Source of the DNA: Trichodelitschia bisporula
Lineage: Eukaryota
Assembly (NCBI GenBank): GCA_010356995.1
Contig: ML996695.1
Span: 381,061 to 445,060 of the forward strand
DNA length: 64,000 nucleotides
Direction: 5' to 3'
Part shown: one piece after another, positions 63,789-64,000 of the stretch
How positions within the stretch are numbered: position 1 is the stretch's first letter
How the letters are laid out: each line of letters opens with the position of its first letter
Program-made: the position numbers and the translations under genes
Notes under the pieces: generated by a model
Database searches by the model: none
Told to the model about the DNA's origin: nothing
What the model saw: the letters and a program-made list of their open reading frames with translations, nothing else

Positions 63789-64000
63789 TGCTGCGGTTTT
63801 TGGTGTGGGTGTTTAGCCTAAATATCTGCGCCTTGCTATGGCGTTGGGAAGGCTGGCGTTGGATCTCTTTGGCTGTGACTCTTCGAATTAATGATTTCAA
63901 CGGAGGAGATTTGGTCTAGGTTTGCTTCACCAGCAAACAGCCCGTAATTCAAAAATTCTACTGAGCAACATGTACAACTTTTGACTCCTTAAACTGTGAC

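Noticed and set aside
1..64000. CRISPR arrays, transposases, tRNA/rRNA genes, stop-readthrough PTS1 signals
   Set aside because: No repeat-spacer array, DDE/RT motif or tRNA/rRNA sequence recognised, and no TGA-CTA context at the enzyme stops I checked. A tRNAscan/Infernal run would be needed to exclude small RNAs.

Overview
Gene-dense eukaryotic DNA from a filamentous ascomycete (Pezizomycotina; short GT-AG introns with CTAAC/CTGAC branch points). I support about 24 protein-coding genes, mostly housekeeping: KRI1, a pyruvate-decarboxylase-family enzyme, a SPOUT methyltransferase, EOS1, a Tim44-like mitochondrial protein, eIF1/SUI1, an EVE-domain protein, MED12/SRB8, MRP2, ARB2, two Git3/Gpr1-type GPCRs, VPS53, a class II aldolase, a histidine phosphatase, a 5'-nucleotidase and a homeobox/C2H2 factor. 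Two genes missing from the ORF track were rebuilt by hand from splice signals: a 7-exon Asterix/PAT10 gene and a 2-exon SelK-like gene ending in CGSCG. The most unusual element is an intronless ~1200-aa gene (16729-20331, minus) combining a LamG-like domain, bacterial-type LGFP repeats, a C2-like segment and a putative Cys-His-Asp papain-like domain, a candidate horizontal transfer. Also notable: a divergent UFL1-like gene, a GPCR paralog with a tandem NPF-repeat tail, and a pseudogene with two C-to-T-type nonsense codons. I recognised no tRNA, rRNA, CRISPR array or transposase. Family assignments come from motif recognition by eye, not from database searches.
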